DNA of 64,000 nucleotides from Bugula neritina. Taxonomy: Eukaryota > Animalia > Bryozoa. Location of the stretch: the NCBI GenBank assembly GCA_964035545.1, contig OZ037768.1, positions 7,658,741-7,722,740 of the forward strand, in the 5' to 3' direction. Below are positions 55,838 through 64,000 of the stretch, one piece after another. The first letter of the stretch is position 1. Each line of letters starts with the position of its first letter. A model generated the notes under the pieces. It saw only the letters and a list, made by a program, of their open reading frames with translations, was not told the DNA's origin and ran no database searches. The position numbers were made by a program, and so were the translations under genes.

Positions 55838-58800
55838 ATGCAGGCTTCCTTGGGAACTGAGATTAGAAGGCTGGTGGCTACAGAGAGATATGATGAGGCA
55901 AAAGAGAGACTGGCTGCTCTTAAAAATGGTGTTGTTGATGGAGGAGGCAACACCATGTACCATGAAGCTATAAAATACCAAGATGTGAAACTATTAAGGT
56001 ATATATAAATTTAATAAAGTAGGCAACACATTGGGCCATCCAGTATGTATATATGTCTATATATAGCTGTTTGTAAATTCTTCTACAAGCTTGTTTATAG
56101 TTCATTAGTTGCTGCTTTATCAGAAAGATTTGAACTATTCTAGTGAAAGCAAACACATGATGAAACATGTTGCTTCAAAATAATGAAACCTTTTATTGTG
56201 GAAAGGCCTTGTTTTACAGCAACTCACATCATGGGGGGAGCCAGTACAAATTATTAAAGGTTAAAAGTTAAAAAACACTGCTTAATAATTTTACTTACTT
56301 CAAATTCTATTTCACTGTATTGGTATTATATATATATTTTATAAATTAGAATGCTTCACAGAGCTGAGTTGAGGTGAGCTTATACCAAGCAGGCTTGCTA
56401 AAGTTGTAGCATTTCATTCATTTCATTCATTATATTATTGTTGAAGATATTTTTATGCTAAACAGGATTTTTTTTAAATATAACTTAGATGGCTGCTGGC
56501 AAACTATCAGTTGACGGTTAAGGCTGACACTGCAAATAGTGAGGGCACCACTTGCTTCCACATGGCTTGTTCCATAGGCAGCACTGCTTGTTTCTATGAG
56601 CTGTGGGAGAGATCAGACATACATCCTACAGTATGGAGTACATACTCTGATAAAGATGGACAAACAGCTCTGCACATTGCTTGTCAAGGCAAGTATATAT
56701 CAAATGTTATGAAATCTGGCAAGAAAATATTAAATGACTACTCTTTAAGATTTATAAGGCCACTAGGGCGTACATAGTTGTAACAAACAACTTTTTAATG
56801 TCTACCCATAAATAATATTTCAATGATATAATTTCATATAGCTGAAAGTTAATCTGGGTGACAAACAAGTTGGCGACTGGCAAAAACACTTCACTAAATA
56901 AAAACAGAATATTGCTGTATTATATTTAGGAGTTATCTTATATAGTTCTCCAGCATTTCTCTTACAGTATTTGCAATCTATATTACATAAATATGTGAAA
57001 ACTTTTAATCCAGCAACACCTTGAGTTTATCAATGAGCAGGTCTCAATGACCGTTTCAGCAAAATCTTATATAGTGCAAGAGGCATCTTTTCTTTTTCAT
57101 AATATTTCAAATGCCTCAAGTTATAGTTGTACTAATTGACGTATAAATCTACTGTCACTTTACTGTTTTTTCAATATGTTTGGAAAAGACTTACAGTTCC
57201 GTATTTCCATATGCTAACTATAATATAAGAAAGTAAAGAAGCTGTAATAGAAACATCTTGGGTCATATTGAAAATTTACAATCATATAGTAAAAGTTAAA
57301 TCACATATTTTGTTGAACAGAGTCAAATGAAAAAATATCTGATTTTATACCACAGTTATCTGTGTTGAATGATGCATTCATGCACATAGAGTGTCCAACA
57401 CAAATTTGTATTTTCTGCTGTGAATAAATTTCATTAGTTGTTGTTTGTGTTATTACCCCTTTCTTATTATCTCCGCCATCTTATAGAATGTATTAATCCC
57501 AAATAGCAATTTATTAGTTATAAATTCGTAAATCTGGCTAAATTATGTTAATGAATTTGGCAAGTATGTCAAAAAAAGCTGATCGCGATATCATGTTTAT
57601 GGTTTGGAGGTTAAATTCTAGGAAGGCACTGGCCACCATAGCTGTGCTTTGACAGTTTGCAGTGTGAATGATAATGATATAGCACTTAACAGCAGCATTG
57701 AATGCCTATTTTGAGCTGTAGGGTGAGTGGGGCATCAGATCTCATAGTACAAAAAGAAAACGCGACTCCTATGCACTTATTTCAACACCCACTCTTTTTT
57801 TAGTCCAGGCATATAAAGCAGTGCTAAATATAAAATAGTTGGTAATATAATTTGACAACATTTCTATTCACTCAAGTTCTTTTGTGAATAAGAAACTGGT
57901 CTGAGTGGAATAATAAATTAAGCTTACAGATTTCACAAAGATAAAACTATCAATTTATTCCTAAGTGTATATGCCTAGAGTATAATATTTCTTTTATGCA
58001 AGCATATCTCTTACTGTGTATTTGATTTATTATAGGTTGAAGTAAATAATACTTACTTACATCATACAATTTGTGGTATAATAGTCATGATTTTATCCTA
58101 TATTAACTAATATCTCTGAAATTCAATACACTTGACAAATATTTTGTGCAAATAAAATAACTGGTAAAAGACAGAGCAAAGAACTTTCTTGTATAACTTA
58201 TAAATTGCTTGAGATTTTTCTTATTTAAGCAAGCATTTTATTTTCTCTTGATCCTTGTTTTATGGTGTTCATTAAAACATAAATGTATTATAAATCTTGC
58301 AGCTGGCCATCAAAGTGTTGCTCAAGAAATCTTAAATAAAGGTGGTCAGAAAGTTGCATATGCATTAAATGACAGACAGCAAACAGCCCTACATTTGGCA
58401 GCAGCAGAAGGGCAGAAGGCGTGTATTGTGCTGTTAGCGCAGTACAAGAAGTTGATAAACTTGGTTGATCAGTTTGGTAAGTAAATTATACGAGAAATTT
58501 TAACAGTTTTTAGGCATTACAGGTAAATTGTAAGTATTGTAGTTTTGTTCCTTGAATTTAGTACTTTTTACAATAGTTCTGTTGTTAGTCATTCGGACTA
58601 ATTTGACTGACCACATTGAAAAGATATCAAGCAGGCCAATTAATTTTACTATGGCAATTAAAGACACCACCTGAAAATGCTATGTCTTTCATGTGACTTT
58701 CCTAGAATAACAGTGGCTTGAAGGTTCGAAGTTTAAACTTTTAAGATGGCTCAGTGATTAAGCTGCGTGTTGCAGCAGCTAAGAGTCGAATGCAATGAAA

Positions 58801-61800
58801 GCAATAATTAATATTAGTTTTAAGATACCACAGACTTCAGAGCCGACTGGAAACATCTTTAGCATAAGCACAATTTTTTTTATAAAACAAAACTGTTTTA
58901 GCACACAACCCCCAAACAGTCTGTAGATGATAGCTAAGATATACATAAATATTTCAATATGGCATAACTGAAATGCTTCACGGATATTTTTAGTAGTTGT
59001 TGGAGTTACCCTCACATTGGTATTAAAAAATCAGAAATACCTGTGGAAGGCCACTGCATTCCACAGGTTTTATTTTTTGAAAGCTAATATATAAAGTGTT
59101 ATCAGGTATCAAATTATACACTTATCTTCAACATAATTTCACAGGGGCAACAGCACTACACTACGCTGTGAATGAGGGACATCTAGCATCTACACAGTAT
59201 TTGTTTGAAAGATGCAAAGCTGACAAAAGCATTCGCACGAGAAATGGAATGAATCTACTTCACTCTGCAATAGCATCTGGTAGTCTTAGTGTTGTCAAGT
59301 ATGTGTATAGCAAAACTAAGAATACAATCCATGTGGGGACAACTGCAACTGGTGCAACAGTGTTGCATATAGCCACAGGTAAGACCACATGGTCTTTTAA
59401 TATTACTTATAAAAAATATATAAATTCAGCAACATAATATGCTACTATGCATACATTCAAAAAACTGCCTATTACTATATTGAGATACTCAGGTATGTAG
59501 TAAAAATACAAAAATGTTCTTTTTATTTCACTTCTAATATACTATTTATTTAATTAAAGAATAAGAATTACATAATTCTTTTGATAAAATATGTTTAATT
59601 ATGTTGATAGTTACAAATATATGTTATTACAGGTCTTGGTTTTGAAGATATCCTGCATTTCCTGCTGACTAGAATGAGTATTTACAGTCTCATCAACTAT
59701 GCCGACATCAATGGGTGGACTGCCGCGCATTTGGCTGCAATGAGGAATCAGCCGGCCTGTCTGGCTATTCTCATAGGATTCAACGCAGATGTCTTTACTA
59801 TCAAAGATAAGGTTGAATTGTTTACTGCCTACCTTATAGACCACTGTTCATATAGGTTCTAAAAGTAAATTGCTGTTATTATGGGAAGAATCTATACATT
59901 CTGTAAGGTGTTCTTGTAATCGTTTGTTAGCAAAAGTTATATATCTATGTGTTTTCATATATTTTCATACATATGTATTTTCATTTTTTAACTCAACAAT
60001 TACTTTTGACGATGAAACATCTACATTAAATTATTACACAAAGTTATGAAGTTGATTATTAATTTGCTTATATTTCAAACATAAATACACTGTGTTCTGG
60101 TCATGCTGCCTTTAACTTTTGATAACTTGAATTAAAAGGTCAGTATTATCTTCAATTTAAATAAGAAATTAATTATTTCAAACCTAAGCTGTTAAATGGC
60201 TTACAAGTAAGTTGTAAAGTCACAAGATACCGTTCTAAAAGAAATTGTAATGTTGAAATTTTTAGGACGGTAAATCAGTCTATCAGAGTCTTCGAGAGAA
60301 AAACACTGTTGAAATGAAGCTGACCTTCCCGTATATCTTCAGTCAGCTGGAAGCAGAAGATGAGCTTCAACGGCAGTCAAAGTACCAGTCTCGTTATGAG
60401 AAGAAAAAAGAAAAACAAAATTCAACTCTATCTATTACTGAGGATAAAAAGCGGACAACTTCAAAGAAAAATGGAAAACAGGTTGTTGGCCGTACACTTT
60501 CTGATGTTATAAACAAAGAAACAGATTCTACAAAGTCAAATCCACTGGTAGAAACTGATCCAACTAGTCTGAAGAAACGGAGTAAGTCTGCCGGTTTATA
60601 AGTATTCAATTTACTCCATTTTTCATTAATGAAATCTCAAATGTTGTATGTTTTTGTGATAATAATCAGAATTATAAGATTGCAAAATCATTTGCTGTAA
60701 ACTCTATTATTGCAAGGTATAACATGTATAGCACGACAGCATAAACATAACTAAATATATAACATGGAGAAGAATCATAACTCTGGTATATATCTATATT
60801 CTAGCAAGTTACTGTATGGCACAAATTTGTCTGTGCAAATAGATTTTCAAACAATTTAATAATATATGCTTATTAATTTAATGTCTTCTTATTATAGATT
60901 TAATTTAGGTTATGCAGTTGCTATCATTTTCTCCCTTCAATTGTGCATATTTGCTTTTTGTTGTAAAATTAATTCAAGGCCCATTTGACAATTTAGATGT
61001 TGTGGTATAAAAATGAATGAGGCAGTCTACCCACCCTGTATAAAATTGAAAACAATCATAGATCATAGCACAAAGATATATTTTAAAACCAACTATTTGG
61101 AGTCAAGCTCAAATGTTTAAAAAAAACATACAAACAAATTAAACAAAATTTCTAAAATTGAATTTATTATGTTAAGCCACTTACAACATGAATTGATCTC
61201 CATAATATAATGTTTTACTATATGCATTACATATAGAATTAATGTGTTTATTTTGCATTTCTTATTGTTAATAATATTACAGAGTTTCAGACAAACAACA
61301 TGGCTTTACCAAGGAATGGCTACACAGACAAAATGCCGGTCATGGCATACCAACTCGGCATAGAACTAGAGGGTGATAGTGACAGCGACTTTGATGTTGA
61401 CAGCATTGAGAAGTAAGTGGGACAGTCAGTATATAGCATTGAGAAAATAATGTATTTTATTGGTAGTTACTAATTTGCTGCAGTTTTATCTATCGAAACA
61501 GAAGGATTGGTAAATTGCTGTCAGCAAAAGAGTTTCAGCTCATAGAACATTAGAATTTAAAACACTTATTTATTGGTTGTGATGGTTTAGTGGCTAGTTG
61601 GCATAAGATTACCATCATGCAATGCTTCAACTGTTTGGTTTAAAGATGTAGAATATTTGCAGCTTGACTTTCCAAGTTTGGGTTTTATTTGAGTCTAGAA
61701 GCTGATATCTTTATTTCACCAGTAGAGAGATTTTTGAGCTACAAACATGGCTATAACTATTCAAAAACTCTGTATCTCTGCATCTACCTTAATTTAAGTT

Positions 61801-63964
61801 GAGACAAATTTAGTTTTTCTAAGAGCAGAGGTGTCTCTTCTAAAGAAAACCAAGTCCTAGGTCGATCTATATAATATTATTAACCTTCAAATAAATACTG
61901 CAGAAACTATGCTTTTTGGCACCATAAACTTCAAACTCTATCACATATTATTTTTCTAACATCTTGCTTTTAAATTATATTTAGATATATGATTAATGTA
62001 AAATTTTATATTTTGAAAAGGATTAAGCTATTTTTACTGATATTGTGTGTGGTGTCTTGTCAAAAATTATTTTAGTCTATAGATAATAAATTATTTGCAG
62101 TGATGTAGATTTTTGTGATTGGAACAATTTATTACGAATAAAACAATGTTTTCAAATTTGGTTAGTTATATAATAGTTATAAAAGTATGTTTCTCAGTGG
62201 TTTTTCAATTAGCAAGTTAATCAGCCAGAAATATGTTGCATGCAGCATGATTACTTATACTTATTTTATTTTGATAATTATTGCATGGTTATCATATATA
62301 TTATATTTTAGCATGCCTCAAACACCTTTTCGGATTATCCAGAAATATAACAATTTTGCTCACAGCACTTACACCCCTCCGCGGTCTCTTGAAGATTTGA
62401 CAAAAATTGATAGCTTTACTGAAGAGTTATCATCTCAATCTGGGAAAGCTTCTCTTCCTCCTGCATCTAAGCCAACTGCAGGTACATATGTACTGAGTGA
62501 AACTGTTAATAAGAACTTAAGAATTAATAAAGTTTTATTGTTTACATAGCTCACTGTTGGAGTCAGAAGCTTCTCTTTAAAATGGGATGTTGAAATATGA
62601 TATTGAGTTTGCTAAAAAAAACAAACATCCATCAAAAGCCAAAAGAGATTATTTATTTTTATCATTTCTAAGTTTGGACTGGTTATATATGTAGTAGATA
62701 AATTTTACACCACAAATAATCATTGAGTACATTGGAGAGACATTTTGCATTAATAATCTATATGACAGGAAAGTAATGCAAACTTTTCGTTTAGGGGATC
62801 ATCTTCCAGTTGTACTTGATTATACAAGTTTGCAAGAAGTTGATGACGCAATCACTATATACTTCCATAATGGTGAGCTTAATACAGTAAAAGTGAAAAC
62901 CTTTGTTAGACAAGATGATCTTCCATCAAAGGAAACCCAGCCAGAAAATGTTTTGCTCCAATCAGAAACATTGAAAGAGCCAGCGGAAGAAGGAAAGACT
63001 ATGATTACCACCATTGAAGTCCACCAAGAACTGGAAGTTGATAACTCGGAACAAGCTTCAAAACAAGAGTCAGTTGACAGCATTTCGAATGTTGCACCCC
63101 AATCAGAAATATTGCAAGAGCCAGTAGAAGACAACAAGAATATGATGACTACCACTATTGAGGTCCACCAAGAACTGGAAATTAATAACTCAGAACAAGC
63201 TTTAAAACAGGAGTCAATTGACAGCATTTCGAATTCTTTAGCTGGATTTGATTTGCCAGATGACACATCAGCAAGTTATGAGAGTGTGAATGGTGATAAC
63301 CCAGCACCCGGTTCACTCAGGACCGAGTCTTCTGCCAGAGTTTCATTCTCAACACAAGAGATGCTCACAGAAGTACAGCTTCAACATGAAATCGAAAATT
63401 CTAGCTCTGCAAAGTTACTCCCTGCTAATGCTACGAATAACAAAGAAGATTCATCTGTCATTCCAATAACGAAGCCAGATGCAGAGGCCGAAAATCTGCT
63501 ACTAGTTGAACCACAACTTTCAGCTGAACAAGATGGAATCTCTAATATTTCATCACACGAAGAAACAAAAAGTGAAAATTCTCTAAGATCTTCTCCTTCT
63601 CTTCCGCAATTCTCCCCACCAATAGCGTCTCAATCTACCTTTCCTGATATCATTGATCTTCTTGATCAAAAGTTAGACTTCTCAACTCATCTGGACAATG
63701 ACTATGTATCTCCAGTGCCACCCGAATCAACTCTTGACAAGAATGCAGAAGGCGCAGAAAACATGCAAGTAATGGTTGGTGCAACAGAAAAAATTCCTCA
63801 ATCACCAGATACTATGGAAAAAGAATATCTTAAATTTGCAGAAAATGAGCTCAAAACGGATGAAGAAAAGCATGTCAACTCTGCTGATCTTGATGACAGA
63901 ATTCTTGAAACAGTTAATTCTGATAATGATAATGCAGTCAGTGGTGAAAAACCATCTTTTACAG
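55838..63964 (+). CDS. Ankyrin-repeat protein (about 8-9 N-terminal ANK repeats, espin/forked-like) with a long acidic low-complexity tail; probably 3'-partial
   Basis: Exons 55838-55998, 56489-56688 (GC donor), 58303-58476, 59145-59378, 59633-59811, 60266-60581, 61283-61412, 62312-62481 and 62795-63964 join in frame. ANK motifs: [82 protein letters not shown]. The last exon ends either at the donor ACAG|GTATAG (63964) or at the in-frame stop 63982-63984. Confidence 0.82.
56704..56937 (+). repeat. About 234-bp direct repeat, copy 2 (5' end of ankyrin-gene intron 2)
   Basis: Same sequence as 54561-54793, offset by about 2.14 kb. Confidence 0.9.
62959..63234 (+). repeat. Intra-exonic 141-nt (47-aa) tandem duplication
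   Basis: QSETLKEPAEEGKTMITTIEVHQELEVDNSEQASKQESVDSISN versus QSEILQEPVEDNKNMMTTTIEVHQELEINNSEQALKQESIDSISN. The units start at 62959 and 63100. Confidence 0.9.
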
Positions 63965-64000
63965 GTATAGTGCTTACCGTGTAAGAAGTACTAAGATATT

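Overview
This is AT-rich, intron-dense animal (probably invertebrate) genomic DNA, with no prokaryotic operons, CRISPR arrays or defence systems. I rebuilt four spliced genes by hand from splice sites and reading-frame continuity. (1) A long TTC6-like TPR protein on + (about 38 exons, >1,980 aa, 829-24661, 5' end outside the window). (2) A WASP/N-WASP homologue on - (10 exons, 523 aa; WH1, basic, CRIB, polyproline, two WH2, central and acidic regions; 25941-44939). (3) A compact NUAK/ARK5 kinase on + (6 exons, about 416 aa, 47538-53719). (4) An N-terminal ankyrin-repeat protein on + whose repeats run collinear with espin/forked (55838 to beyond the window end). Introns hold three copies of a tRNA-derived SINE (two with clear target-site duplications, TSDs), a Harbinger-type MITE, an 8-bp-TSD hAT-type element with a foldback element nested inside, a decayed hAT transposase relic, a 233-bp local duplication, and mini/microsatellites. 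The most notable points are three GC-AG introns forced by reading frame, several candidate microexons, a Gln gatekeeper in the NUAK kinase, and adjacency of three actin-cytoskeleton regulators. I found no well-supported, wholly new biological system. All family assignments come from recalled motifs, not database searches.
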